Assembly (NCBI GenBank): GCA_964566795.1
Contig: CAZMIU010000001.1
Coordinates: 399,797 to 463,796 of the forward strand
DNA: 64,000 nt
Direction: 5' to 3'
DNA from: an uncultured Candidatus Saccharibacteria bacterium
GTDB lineage: Bacteria; Patescibacteriota; Minisyncoccia; Phycocordibacterales; SBAW01
Shown: piece after piece, positions 43,853 to 53,057 of the stretch
Layout of the letters: each line of letters begins with the position of its first letter
Position numbering within the stretch: position 1 is the first letter of the stretch
Translations under genes and position numbers: made by a program
Notes under the pieces: generated by a model
What the model was told of the DNA's origin: nothing
Seen by the model: the letters and a program-made list of their open reading frames with translations, nothing else
Database searches by the model: none

Positions 43853-44155
43853 TTAGAATTTGAGGCCGCCCTCGCGCGCAGCGTCTGCCAGGGTGGCAAT
43901 AGCACCCGTGTAGCGGAAGCCGCCGCGGTCAAACACCACAGCCTCTACACCTTGGGCCTTTGCCTTCTTGGCAATCTCTACACCCGCCTTCTTGGCGTCG
44001 TCCATCTTAACGGAGGCGAGTGTGTGGCCCTTGGAGTCGTCTATAACCTGTACCTCAAGGTAGCGGTTAGACTTGTACACGGCCAGGCGTGGGCGCTCGG
44101 CGGTGCCTTGTACTTTTGCGCGTATGCGGTTGTGACGGCGGATGCGGTTATTCAT
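43853..44155 (-). CDS. rplR: 50S ribosomal protein L18
   Basis: Family similarity and position. Confidence 0.95.
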   Translation of the reverse strand: MNNRIRRHNRIRAKVQGTAERPRLAVYKSNRYLEVQVIDDSKGHTLASVKMDDAKKAGVEIAKKAKAQGVEAVVFDRGGFRYTGAIATLADAAREGGLKF

Positions 44156-44164
44156 ACGATTGTT

Positions 44165-44698
44165 TTATGCGGCCTTCTTACCCTGCTTGCGGCGGATTAC
44201 CTCGCCCTCGTAGCGGATACCCTTGCCCTTGTACGGCTCGGGCTTTTTCATAGCCCTAATGTCTGCTGCAAACTGCCCCACGAGCTCTTTGTTAAAGCCG
44301 GCGATGACGAGCTCGCCCTTGTTTGCGGTCACCGTGAGGCCCTCCGGAATCTCAACCTTAACCGGATGAGAAAAACCAAGTGCCAGGTTGAGCGTCTTGC
44401 CCTGCACATCCCACTTGTAGCCCACGCCCTCGACCAGGAGCTTCTTCTGAAAACCCTCGGTAACGCCCTTAAGCATGTTACGCACATGGGAGGCGTAGGT
44501 GCCGACTGCGGCGCGGGCCTCGAGTGTGTCGCCCTTCTTGGTTACCTGCACGCCCTCGGGAGTAACCTCGATGGTAACAAAGCGCGAAATTGGCTTCTCC
44601 AGAGTGCCCTTAGGGCCCTTAACCACGACACCAGCCTCCGAGACAGTGATCTCGGTTTTGGCAGGTATAGCGATGGGGCGTTTAGCAAGACGTGACAT
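44165..44698 (-). CDS. rplF: 50S ribosomal protein L6
   Basis: Family similarity and position. Confidence 0.95.
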   Translation of the reverse strand: MSRLAKRPIAIPAKTEITVSEAGVVVKGPKGTLEKPISRFVTIEVTPEGVQVTKKGDTLEARAAVGTYASHVRNMLKGVTEGFQKKLLVEGVGYKWDVQGKTLNLALGFSHPVKVEIPEGLTVTANKGELVIAGFNKELVGQFAADIRAMKKPEPYKGKGIRYEGEVIRRKQGKKAA

Positions 44699-44710
44699 AA
44701 AGAAAAAGTA

Positions 44711-45094
44711 TTACCAGATTTGGAAGAGGACCTCGCCGCCGACGCGCTTCTCGCGTGCCTCCTTGCCGGTGACTACACCCGCGGGCGTGGAGAGCACCAA
44801 AAGGCCTGCTCCACGCTTAACCGGCTGCACGTCGCGTACACCCATGTACATGCGGCGGGAGGGCTTGGAGATGCGCTTGACGCCGTTGATGGTCGGGCGA
44901 CCGGACGCATTGTAGGAAAGGCCGACCACAAGCGAGTTGTTGCGCTTGGATACATTGGTAAGGTAGCCCTCGCGCTCCAAAATCTTGGCGATAGCGTTCT
45001 TGATGGAAGAGTATGGCAAGGTCACAGAAGCGTGACCCACCATAGAGGCGTTTTGGAGGCGAACCAGGAAGTCTGCGATAGGGTCGTTTACCAT
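44711..45094 (-). CDS. rpsH: 30S ribosomal protein S8
   Basis: The start is at MVNDPIADFL; the longer ORF's N-terminus was rejected. Confidence 0.95.
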   Translation of the reverse strand: MVNDPIADFLVRLQNASMVGHASVTLPYSSIKNAIAKILEREGYLTNVSKRNNSLVVGLSYNASGRPTINGVKRISKPSRRMYMGVRDVQPVKRGAGLLVLSTPAGVVTGKEAREKRVGGEVLFQIW

Positions 45095-45098
45095 ACAA

Positions 45099-45284
45099 TT
45101 ACCAGGATGACTTGCGGATACCAGGAATGAGGCCCTCGAGAGCCGCCTCCCTAAAGCAGGCACGGCACATGCCGAAATCGCGCATAAACGCGCGCTTGCG
45201 GCCGCACCTAAAGCAGCGGTTAACCACACGCGACTTAAACTTCGGCGTGCGGGTAGAGCGGTGGACTGTAGACTTTTTTGCCAT
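45099..45284 (-). CDS. rpsZ: 30S ribosomal protein S14, type Z (zinc-binding, 61 aa)
   Basis: [23 protein letters not shown] contains a C4 zinc ribbon. Confidence 0.95.
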   Translation of the reverse strand: MAKKSTVHRSTRTPKFKSRVVNRCFRCGRKRAFMRDFGMCRACFREAALEGLIPGIRKSSW

Positions 45285-45504
45285 GGTGGATTTTTAAGCC
45301 GGGACTGGCCCGGAGCACCCCCTTGCCTAGGGGTTACGATTCTGATGGTTTGCCTCGCCCTGGCCTTGATTTAAGCAAAGCTTGCGGACTAAGCGGCACC
45401 TGTCAGAAAAAAGGAGCCCTGTTGGGCGTGGGCCCACTATAGCCTAGCAGATGTAGGAATGCAAGCCTTACGAAAAAGACCCCCTTTCGGGGGCCTTTTA
45501 AGAT
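45285..45504 (-). other. Unusual 220-nt non-coding spacer between rplE and rpsZ containing a terminator-like hairpin and additional stem-loops
   Basis: aaaaagaccccctttcgggggcctttt (45473-45499) lies right after the rplE stop. Further hairpins include ccggg-actgg-cccgg and cccc-ttgccta-gggg. No ORF. Confidence 0.5.
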
Positions 45505-46053
45505 TTACTTTTTGAACGGGAAGCCGAGGTGGTCGAGGTAGGCTTTTGCCTCTGCCTTGGACTTGGCCGAGGTAACAACGGTTACCGCCATACCAAAGAC
45601 GTCCTTAACATCCTCGTCGGCAGTCTCGGGGAAGACGGTGTGTTCCTTGATGCCCACGGTGTAGTTGCCCATCTCATCGACGCCGGAGGCGCCAATGCCC
45701 TTAAAGTCCTTGGTGCGCGGTAGCGCTACGTGGATGAGGCGGTTAAGGAAGTCCTCTGCCCTCTTGCCGCGGAGTGTCACCTGGTAGCCCACCTTGTCGC
45801 CAATGCGGGTCTTGTAGGTGGCGATAGCCTTCTTGGCACCGCGCGAGACTGCCCTTTGCCCGGTGATTTTCTCCAGGCGGTTGGCAACGAGCTCTACCTT
45901 GTTTTTATCCTTGGCCATCTTGCCTACGCCAACAGAGACAACCACCTTCTTGACCTTGGGGGTCTGCATAACATTCTTCCAGCCCAAGTCTCCCTTCAGT
46001 GTAGAGAAGGTATCTTTCTGCTTGTCTTGGATGAGGGGGGTTTTAGTGGCCAT
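45505..46053 (-). CDS. rplE: 50S ribosomal protein L5
   Basis: Start at MATKTPLIQD. Confidence 0.95.
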   Translation of the reverse strand: MATKTPLIQDKQKDTFSTLKGDLGWKNVMQTPKVKKVVVSVGVGKMAKDKNKVELVANRLEKITGQRAVSRGAKKAIATYKTRIGDKVGYQVTLRGKRAEDFLNRLIHVALPRTKDFKGIGASGVDEMGNYTVGIKEHTVFPETADEDVKDVFGMAVTVVTSAKSKAEAKAYLDHLGFPFKK

Positions 46054-46063
46054 AACGGTTTTA

Positions 46064-46288
46064 TTACTTCTTAGCGACCTTAGACGCATGGATAGCGTGC
46101 TGCTTCTTGAGGATCTGGCCCTTCTGGCCGGAGCGGCGGGGCCTTTGGTGCTTGGTGCGCATCGCTATACCCTCAACAACAACCAACCCCAGCTTGGGGA
46201 GTACCTCGGTGACCTTGCCCGACTTGCCCTTGTCGTTGCCCGACAGGACCACTACGGTGTCACCTTTTTTAACATGGAGAGTGTTCAT
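46064..46288 (-). CDS. rplX: 50S ribosomal protein L24
   Basis: Start at MNTLHVKKGDTVVVLSG (KOW motif); the long ORF's N-terminus was rejected. Confidence 0.95.
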   Translation of the reverse strand: MNTLHVKKGDTVVVLSGNDKGKSGKVTEVLPKLGLVVVEGIAMRTKHQRPRRSGQKGQILKKQHAIHASKVAKK

Positions 46289-46307
46289 AAAGATATACGA
46301 GTGACGA

Positions 46308-46688
46308 CTATACAACCTCAGGGGCGCGCGAGATGATAGTCTGGTAGCCAAGCTCCTGGAGCTCGCGCGGTATAGGACCAAAGATGCGGCCCGCCTTGGG
46401 CTCCTTCTTGTCCTTGGCACCCCAGTCGAGGACCACAACAGCGTTGTCATCAAAGCGGATGTAGGAGCCGTCCTTGCGCCTAAAGGCTTTCTTCTGGCGC
46501 ACCACAACGCCGTGGAGGACATCCTTCTTTTTGACCTGCTTGCGGGGCTCGGCGCTCTGTACCGAGAACACGACAATCTCCCCTATCTGCGCGTAGCGCT
46601 TCTTGCTGGCGCCCGGAATCTTGAAAATGCGTCCGATCTTGGCGCCGGAGTTGTCTGTAACAGTTACGAGTGAGCGGTCTTGAATCAT
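46308..46688 (-). CDS. rplN: 50S ribosomal protein L14
   Basis: MIQDRSLVTVTDNSGAK. Confidence 0.95.
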   Translation of the reverse strand: MIQDRSLVTVTDNSGAKIGRIFKIPGASKKRYAQIGEIVVFSVQSAEPRKQVKKKDVLHGVVVRQKKAFRRKDGSYIRFDDNAVVVLDWGAKDKKEPKAGRIFGPIPRELQELGYQTIISRAPEVV

Positions 46689-46706
46689 AAAGGTGTAGGG
46701 ATGAAA

Positions 46707-46940
46707 CTATGCGACGATCTCGAAATGCTTCGTCTTTGAAAGCGGACGGCAGCTGCGGATAGTGACCTTGTCGCCCTCTTTGGCCTTGCCTCCCGGGTTG
46801 TGTACGGTAAAGCGAGAGGTTTTCTTGAGGTACTTCTTGTACTTGGGATGCTTCACAAAGCGCGATACAGCCACGACAGCAGAGTCGGTCATTTTGTCCG
46901 ACACCACTACCCCCTTAAATTCTTTGCGCTTGGTTTCCAT
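46707..46940 (-). CDS. rpsQ: 30S ribosomal protein S17
   Basis: Start at METKRKEFKGVVVSDKM. Confidence 0.95.
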   Translation of the reverse strand: METKRKEFKGVVVSDKMTDSAVVAVSRFVKHPKYKKYLKKTSRFTVHNPGGKAKEGDKVTIRSCRPLSKTKHFEIVA

Positions 46941-46941
46941 A

Positions 46942-47133
46942 TTAGTTTTTTGCGGGCTTGTTGAGCTGCGTAAAGGCACGGGCGATCTCCTTGCGGAGGT
47001 TGCGGGCGGCCTTAGTATTACGATTTTTACTACCAGAGGCGCCAAAGCGCAAGACCCTAAGCTCCTCGCGCTTGTCATGAGCGAGTTTCATAAGCTCTTC
47101 TTTGGTGTGCTTGGTGAGGTCGGTCTTTTTCAT
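46942..47133 (-). CDS. rpmC: 50S ribosomal protein L29
   Basis: 63 aa in the L16-L29-S17 position. Confidence 0.9.
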   Translation of the reverse strand: MKKTDLTKHTKEELMKLAHDKREELRVLRFGASGSKNRNTKAARNLRKEIARAFTQLNKPAKN

Positions 47134-47138
47134 ATGCG

Positions 47139-47558
47139 TTAGTGGCGGGCTACAACCTTAGCTTTCAAAGGCAGTTTCTTGGCAGCCTTGCTCAGCGCAT
47201 CAATTGCGATAGTGTCGGCAACGCCGTCTACCTCAAAGAGCACGCGGCCAGGCCATACCTGCACCTCGTAGCCAACCGGGTCACCCTTGCCCTTGCCGAG
47301 CTTAACCTCGGGCGGCTTCTGGGTAAACGGCTTGTCTGGGAAGATACGGATCCAGCTGCGGCCGGTCTTGCCCAGGGAGCGGGCGATAACCTTGCGGGCC
47401 GACTCAATCTGGTTGGAGCGCACGCGGGCAGCGGTCATTGCCTTAAGGCCATGGCTGCCAAAGGCAACAGTTATGCCACGGGTTGCGACCTTAATCTTTT
47501 TGGGATTAATGCGCATGGTGTGCGACTTGCGGAATTTTACTTTCTTAGGGAAAAGCAT
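47139..47558 (-). CDS. rplP: 50S ribosomal protein L16
   Basis: MLFPKKVKFRKSH. Confidence 0.95.
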   Translation of the reverse strand: MLFPKKVKFRKSHTMRINPKKIKVATRGITVAFGSHGLKAMTAARVRSNQIESARKVIARSLGKTGRSWIRIFPDKPFTQKPPEVKLGKGKGDPVGYEVQVWPGRVLFEVDGVADTIAIDALSKAAKKLPLKAKVVARH

Positions 47559-47564
47559 ACAGGT

Positions 47565-48227
47565 TTATTTATCCTTCTTAGAGAAAACCTCTCCCTTGTA
47601 AATCCACACCTTGATGCCGATTACGCCAAGGGGCAGGTTTGCGCGCTCGCGGGCATAGTCGATGTCGGAGCGGAAGGTCTGCAGCGGCACGCGGCCCTTC
47701 TTGAGCGTCTCGGTGCGCGACATGGAGCCACCCCCCAGCATGCCCGAGACCTGCACGCGCACACCCTTAACATCGCGGTTTGCGCTCACCTTCTCGATAG
47801 TCTGCTTGAGGACGCGCCTAAACGGCATGCGCTTCTCCAAGCCCTCGGCAACCATGTAGGCCACGATAGCCGCGTTTGACTCAGGAGAGCGTATCTCCTC
47901 GATATCGAGCTTTACCTCGGGTACGGGGAGCTTCTTTGACTTCAAAAAGTCCTCGATAGACTTGCGTAGTTTGGCAGAGCCCTCGCCGGAGCGGCCAATG
48001 ATAACGCCAGGGCGCGAGGTCTTGATGATAACGCGCAGCTGCTTTGCGTTGCGCTCTATCTCGAGCCCGCCTATATACATGCCGCGCAGCGACTTGAGGA
48101 GATACTCGCGCAGGAGGACGTCCGCCTTCAGATTTAACTGAAACTGCGGGCCGGACGCGTACCAGCGATGGCGCCAATCCCTGAGGATCCCGAGGCGGTG
48201 TGCAAATGGGTTAACAATTTTAGACAT
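47565..48227 (-). CDS. rpsC: 30S ribosomal protein S3
   Basis: KH domain plus C-terminal domain. Confidence 0.95.
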   Translation of the reverse strand: MSKIVNPFAHRLGILRDWRHRWYASGPQFQLNLKADVLLREYLLKSLRGMYIGGLEIERNAKQLRVIIKTSRPGVIIGRSGEGSAKLRKSIEDFLKSKKLPVPEVKLDIEEIRSPESNAAIVAYMVAEGLEKRMPFRRVLKQTIEKVSANRDVKGVRVQVSGMLGGGSMSRTETLKKGRVPLQTFRSDIDYARERANLPLGVIGIKVWIYKGEVFSKKDK

Positions 48228-48233
48228 ATAGGT

Positions 48234-48629
48234 TTATGCTTGTGCCCGTACCTCGGGTGCGGTGGTCTCTTCCTTTTTAGCCTTTGCGGACCTCTCCTTC
48301 TTGGGAGCTTTTTTGGAGAGGCTCAGGGTGATGTGGCTGGTGCGCTTGAGGATCTGTGATGCGCGGCCGCGTGCGCGGGGCATAGAGCGCTTAAGCACAG
48401 TGCCCTCGTTGACCTGGATAGATGATACATAGAGCTCTGTGGCCTTAAGACCGGCGTTGGCTACAGCCGACTTAACGAGCTTCATCATTGGCTCGGATGC
48501 GCGCTTGGGGAGCATCGAAAGCATCGATATGGCATTGGACGCGCTCTTGCCGCGTATCAGGTCAGCCACAAGACGCACTTTGCGGGGTGCCTGGCGGTAG
48601 TTAGATAGTTTTGCAGTTGCGGTGTCCAT
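48234..48629 (-). CDS. rplV: 50S ribosomal protein L22
   Basis: Family similarity and position. Confidence 0.95.
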   Translation of the reverse strand: MDTATAKLSNYRQAPRKVRLVADLIRGKSASNAISMLSMLPKRASEPMMKLVKSAVANAGLKATELYVSSIQVNEGTVLKRSMPRARGRASQILKRTSHITLSLSKKAPKKERSAKAKKEETTAPEVRAQA

Positions 48630-48638
48630 ACGTTGAAA

Positions 48639-48986
48639 TTACTTCTTCTTGGCGACGTCGGTAGCAGCCTTGGCAGCCTGTGCAGATGCGATCTCGGCCT
48701 CCTTAGCCTTGGTCTCCATCTCCTTTTGCATCTTGCCGCCGTGGCGGACGAACTTCTTGGTGGGAGAGAACTCGCCCAGGCGGTGCCCGACCATGTCCTC
48801 GCTCACCAACACCTCAATGTGCGTCTTGCCGTTGTGTACGCCAAACTTAAACCCGACCATCTCAGGGGCGATCTGGCTGCGGCGGGCCCACGTCTTAATT
48901 GTCTCAGTGGTCTGAGGCTTTTTCCCCTCAATCTTCTTGAGGAGCTTCTCGTCGACGTAGGGTCCTTTTTTAACGCTTCGTGCCAT
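48639..48986 (-). CDS. rpsS: 30S ribosomal protein S19 with a Lys/Ala-rich C-terminal extension
   Basis: Start at [12 protein letters not shown] with the SD AGGGGA. Confidence 0.95.
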   Translation of the reverse strand: MARSVKKGPYVDEKLLKKIEGKKPQTTETIKTWARRSQIAPEMVGFKFGVHNGKTHIEVLVSEDMVGHRLGEFSPTKKFVRHGGKMQKEMETKAKEAEIASAQAAKAATDVAKKK

Positions 48987-49143
48987 AAGAAATCCCCTAC
49001 CCGCCGTGGCCAGAGAGCGGCCGGGCCTTGCGGTAGGGATTGGACCCAATGTACAGGAAAGCCTCTGTGGAGTCAAATAGCCTTGTTTTTAGGGCTTGCA
49101 TGGTATAGTTTTGTGCAGGTTCAAGCACCAAGGGAGACGCCCG

Positions 49144-49335
49144 ATGCGCAGCTACACGTTCCGCTACATCAAGGGGAGCTCCGCTCCCTACCAGACGCTG
49201 GAAGCCAGGGATCACCTCGACTTCTACAACAAGCTCAAGGACTTTTTGGGCAATACGCTCCGGCTGATGCCAGGCACTATCAGCTACCAGGAGCGTGGCC
49301 AGGTCGATGACCCTCCCCTCCAGCACGCCGCCTGA
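49144..49335 (+). CDS. Small hypothetical protein (63 aa) encoded antisense within the rplB-rpsS spacer
   Basis: MRSYTFRYIKGSS.. with the SD AAGGGAG 8 nt upstream of the ATG. A strong terminator follows immediately. Confidence 0.45.
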   Translation: MRSYTFRYIKGSSAPYQTLEARDHLDFYNKLKDFLGNTLRLMPGTISYQERGQVDDPPLQHAA

Positions 49336-49356
49336 CACAAGTCGGCCAATACGAAA

Positions 49357-49390
49357 CCGCCCCGGACATTTTGTCCGGGGCGTTTTTCCT
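49357..49390. terminator. Rho-independent terminator hairpin with a T-tract
   Basis: cgccccggaca-tttt-gtccggggcg followed by tttttcctttt. Confidence 0.65.
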
Positions 49391-49394
49391 TTTC

Positions 49395-50243
49395 TTACTT
49401 ACCCGCTCCGCGCTTGCCGACTTTGCGGCGGGACACGATGAGGTAGTTGGAGTACTTCTTGGGGCTGCGGGTCTTCTGGCCCTTGCCGGTCGGCTTGCCC
49501 CAGAGCGACTTGGCGCGCTTAAGGCCCCTGCCCTGGCGACCCTCGCCGCCGCCGTGCGGATGGTCTACCGGGTTCATTGCGGTACCGCGGACAGTCGGGC
49601 GCCTCCCCATCCAGCGCGAGCGGCCAGCTTTGCCGATAGTGCGCAGGTGGTGCTCGTCGTTAGATACCTCGCCGATAGTGGCCCAGCAGGTCTCGGGTAC
49701 CTTGCGTACCTCGGAGGACGGCATCTTGAGGTCTGCATAGCCGCCGTCACGGGCAATAACCTCGATATAGGTACCTGCTGCGCGGCCAAGCTTGCCGCCG
49801 TTGCCGGGCTTGAGCTCTACGTTGTAGACAAATGCGCCGATAGGAACGTTCTTAAGCGGCATGCGGTTGCCCGGTGCTGCCGGAGCAGTTTCGGAGGTCT
49901 CGATAGTCTGGCCCACGGCAACAGACTTAGGCAGGAGGTTGTAGCGGCGCTCGCCGTCGCGGTACACCATGAGCCCGATAAAGCCGGAGCGGTTCGGATC
50001 GTACTCAACAGTCTCTACCTTGGCCGGGATGTGCTTCTGGTAGCCAAAGTCGACATCACGGAAGAGGCGCTTGTGGCCGCCGCCCTTGTGGCGCACCGAG
50101 ATGCGGCCTGCATTGTTGCGGCCCACATCACGCTTAAAGCCCGAGGTAAGCGCCTTATGAGGCTCGGTTGCCGTGACCTTACCCTTAAAGGTAACGGTGG
50201 TCATGTGGCGGCGCGACTTGGTGTATGGCTTATAGGATTTCAT
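49395..50243 (-). CDS. rplB: 50S ribosomal protein L2
   Basis: Family similarity. Confidence 0.95.
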   Translation of the reverse strand: MKSYKPYTKSRRHMTTVTFKGKVTATEPHKALTSGFKRDVGRNNAGRISVRHKGGGHKRLFRDVDFGYQKHIPAKVETVEYDPNRSGFIGLMVYRDGERRYNLLPKSVAVGQTIETSETAPAAPGNRMPLKNVPIGAFVYNVELKPGNGGKLGRAAGTYIEVIARDGGYADLKMPSSEVRKVPETCWATIGEVSNDEHHLRTIGKAGRSRWMGRRPTVRGTAMNPVDHPHGGGEGRQGRGLKRAKSLWGKPTGKGQKTRSPKKYSNYLIVSRRKVGKRGAGK

Positions 50244-50257
50244 AAAAGTATTTGAAA

Positions 50258-50545
50258 CTATGCAATCTCGATAGTGTCGCCGGCCTTAAGGTAGACGTAT
50301 GCCTTCTTGCCGCCACGGCTGTAACCAACCTGGTTGGTGTTGCGGGTGCGTACAGCCTTGCGCGGGACACTAACAATGGTCACCTTGCGCGGAGTTACTT
50401 TAAACACCTCGCGGATAGCCTCGGCAATCTGCACCTTGTTGGCATCAACACCAACGTTAAAGACGTACACGCCCTTAGCGGAGAGATAGGCACCCTTCTC
50501 GGTGATGCGCGGCGATATGAGTGTGTGTACAGCGGGCCGTTTCAT
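50258..50545 (-). CDS. rplW: 50S ribosomal protein L23
   Basis: Family similarity and position. Confidence 0.95.
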   Translation of the reverse strand: MKRPAVHTLISPRITEKGAYLSAKGVYVFNVGVDANKVQIAEAIREVFKVTPRKVTIVSVPRKAVRTRNTNQVGYSRGGKKAYVYLKAGDTIEIA

Positions 50546-50574
50546 GATAATGAAATAAATTAAATAGACATAGG

Positions 50575-51240
50575 TTACTTTGCAGCTTTAGCGGACAGCT
50601 TCTTGCTCAGCGTCTCGATAGCAGACTTGGGATCTACGATAACGAGCTGCTTTTTGCCAAGCACATGGATGGGGTTGAGGTCTGCAATAGAGCCCACCTC
50701 TACGTTGCCCATGTTGCGGAATGACTTAAGCGCATTCTGGTCGCGGGACGGGAGTGCGATGTATGCGGCATTGCTGCGCTTGTTGATAGAAAGCGACTTG
50801 AGCATGGCGGCTGCGGTCTTGGTCTTAGGTGCAGCAAGGGACACCGAGTCGATAAAGACAATCTGGCCGTCCTTGTACTTGCGCGAGAGTGCTACCAAAA
50901 GGGCCTTCTGGCGCATCGAGCGGTTAATCTTAACCGCGTAGTTCTTCTCATTGCGGGGGCCATGGGTTACACCGCCGCCCTTCCAGATAGGAGACCTGCT
51001 CGAGCCATGGCGTGCGCGGCCGGTGCCCTTCTGCTGCCAGGGCTTGCGACCGCCGCCGCGTACCTCGCCGCGGTCCTTGGTGTGGGCATTGGAGTGGCGG
51101 GCATTTGCCTGCATGGCCACAACCACCTGGTGTACCAGGTCGGCGTTCCAGGGCAGGCCAAAGATGTTCTCAGGCAGAGTAACCTTGCCTGCATCCTTGC
51201 CCTCTATGTTGTACATCTTAGTTTCCATATTGGTATTCAA
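50575..51240 (-). CDS. rplD: 50S ribosomal protein L4 (the true start may be MYNIEG at 51216)
   Basis: LVHQVVVA..GG.KPWQQKGTGRAR motifs. Confidence 0.95.
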   Translation of the reverse strand: MNTNMETKMYNIEGKDAGKVTLPENIFGLPWNADLVHQVVVAMQANARHSNAHTKDRGEVRGGGRKPWQQKGTGRARHGSSRSPIWKGGGVTHGPRNEKNYAVKINRSMRQKALLVALSRKYKDGQIVFIDSVSLAAPKTKTAAAMLKSLSINKRSNAAYIALPSRDQNALKSFRNMGNVEVGSIADLNPIHVLGKKQLVIVDPKSAIETLSKKLSAKAAK

Positions 51241-51245
51241 ATCGC

Positions 51246-51938
51246 CTAGCCACGGATCTCTACAAGGGTGCCGCGGCGGCCCGGGATAGCACCGGCGATA
51301 ACAAGCTCGCCAGTCTCCGGGAGGACCTGCAGTATTGCAAGATTGCGCACAGTGACACGGTCCTGGCCCATGCGGCCGGCCATGCGCATACCCTTGGCAA
51401 CGCGACCGCCTGCACGGCCACCGGAGCCTCCGATGGAGCCCGGAGCGCGCTCGCTGTGCTTCTGGCCGTGAGAGCGGGGGCCACCCTTAAAGCCATGGCG
51501 CTTAACCACGCCCTGGAAGCCCCTACCCTTAGAAATTGCCGAGACAACCACCTTGTCGCCCGGCGCAAACATAGATACGTCGACAGTAGAGCCAACCTCA
51601 GGGAAGTTGGTGTCTGCCTTGGCATCCTTGGTAGCAGGGCGGGGGCGCAGCTCCTTAAAGTGGCGCAGGGCCTTGCCCTTGGCATGGCCAACCTGCGCCT
51701 TGTTGGCGCGGGCCTCCTTAATCTCGACAGCACCAAGCTGCACGGCGTCATAGCCGTCCGAATCTTGGGTCTTGATCTGGGTTACGACGTTCGGGGCCGC
51801 ATTTACTACGGTAGCAGCATATGCCCTACCCTCCTCGGTAAATACAGTCGTCATCTTGCCCTTTGTTCCAAGGATGAATTTCATGATGGTTTCTATTGGT
51901 CCCGCTGCTCGAGCTAAAAAGCCCTGGGACATGGACAA
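51246..51938 (-). CDS. rplC: 50S ribosomal protein L3
   Basis: Family similarity. Confidence 0.95.
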   Translation of the reverse strand: MSMSQGFLARAAGPIETIMKFILGTKGKMTTVFTEEGRAYAATVVNAAPNVVTQIKTQDSDGYDAVQLGAVEIKEARANKAQVGHAKGKALRHFKELRPRPATKDAKADTNFPEVGSTVDVSMFAPGDKVVVSAISKGRGFQGVVKRHGFKGGPRSHGQKHSERAPGSIGGSGGRAGGRVAKGMRMAGRMGQDRVTVRNLAILQVLPETGELVIAGAIPGRRGTLVEIRG

Positions 51939-51983
51939 CCCTATGTATAGAGAGTCTTCGAGACTATACCTGACCCTCTAATT

Positions 51984-52415
51984 TTATGCAAGATAGGCAA
52001 GAATAGTGGCCATGCCCATAAGCAGGACCAGGTAGTAGCCCAAGTTGATGGCAAGCGTAATCCGGGTCTTTTTGCCAAACAGGACCTCGTTTAAGAGGAC
52101 CGGCACCATAAACCCGAGCCAGCACCAGGTAGCCCCCATAAGCCCGCCCTCAAGCCCCGAGGTACCCGCGTAGGCGTTGCCAAAGGTGATGACGTGGTGG
52201 AGCACATAGGCCATGACAAGCGCGCCCAGTGCGGTGAGCGCGTAGGTGGCCGCCATGCCACCGCGCTTTGCCATAGCAGCCTCTTTGTCTGCCTCGGTCC
52301 AGCCCATCTCGCGCGACCACAGCCTGCCAAACAAGGGGCCGTACCAGAGTGTGCCCACGACCATAGAAAACACTACACAGCCCGCAAGCGCCCAGTAGTT
52401 TACAAGTACTTCCAT
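51984..52415 (-). CDS. DUF1761 family membrane protein inserted between rpsJ and rplC
   Basis: Four TM segments with the WYGPLFGRLW motif characteristic of DUF1761. Confidence 0.55.
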   Translation of the reverse strand: MEVLVNYWALAGCVVFSMVVGTLWYGPLFGRLWSREMGWTEADKEAAMAKRGGMAATYALTALGALVMAYVLHHVITFGNAYAGTSGLEGGLMGATWCWLGFMVPVLLNEVLFGKKTRITLAINLGYYLVLLMGMATILAYLA

Positions 52416-52455
52416 ATATAAAGATTACCTAGTACCTCATAAGTATATATACGAA

Positions 52456-52483
52456 AAAGCCCCCATGCATGGGGGCTTTTTCG
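52456..52483. terminator. Bidirectional rho-independent terminator
   Basis: aaaaagccccc-atgcat-gggggcttttt. Confidence 0.7.
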
Positions 52484-52659
52484 TTGTATTTCTTTGCTCG
52501 GCTTACAGGTAATGCCCTGAATTGTATGTCGAGGAAAAAAAGCGACGCCTAGAAGTCGCCCAGAAATAACACTATTTGTTCGCGAACAAACCAATGAACA
52601 CCTTTTTCCTATTCTATCAGCAATTCATGAAGAATCAATTAATCGCGCGTGAAAAAGAA

Positions 52660-52685
52660 AATCCCCTCTCGCGAGGGGATTGTCT
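52660..52685 (-). terminator. Rho-independent terminator immediately after rpsJ
   Basis: Minus strand: aatcccctc-gcga-gaggggatttt followed by ctttttc. Confidence 0.6.
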
Positions 52686-53057
52686 TTAGACCATCTTTAC
52701 ATCGATGGTGACGCCGGAGGGGAGGCTGAGGTTGGTGAGCGCCTCTATCACCTTGGCGTTGGGCTCGAGGATGTCGATCACGCGCTTGTGGACGCGCATC
52801 TCAAACTGCTCGCGTGCGTCCTTGTAGACGAAGGTGGAGCGGTTAACGGTGTACTTCTTGATCTCTGTCGGCAGTGGGATTGGGCCTGCAACCTTTGCGT
52901 CATAGCGCAGGGCGGTGTCCAATATCTGCTTAACACTCGCGTCGAGCACCTTGTGCTCGTATGCGCGCACCTTGATACGCAACCTCTGCACGGGGGCCTC
53001 TGTCTTCTTGGCGCGGGGCACAGCCTTCGCCTTCTTCTCTTTCTTCTCGGTTGCCAT
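52686..53057 (-). CDS. rpsJ: 30S ribosomal protein S10 with a Lys-rich N-terminal extension
   Basis: Family similarity from [12 protein letters not shown] onward. Confidence 0.95.
   Translation of the reverse strand: MATEKKEKKAKAVPRAKKTEAPVQRLRIKVRAYEHKVLDASVKQILDTALRYDAKVAGPIPLPTEIKKYTVNRSTFVYKDAREQFEMRVHKRVIDILEPNAKVIEALTNLSLPSGVTIDVKMV

Noticed and set aside
43292-44695. 467-aa plus-strand ORF.
   Set aside because: It is antisense across rpsE, rplR and rplF; the ribosomal proteins are unambiguous.
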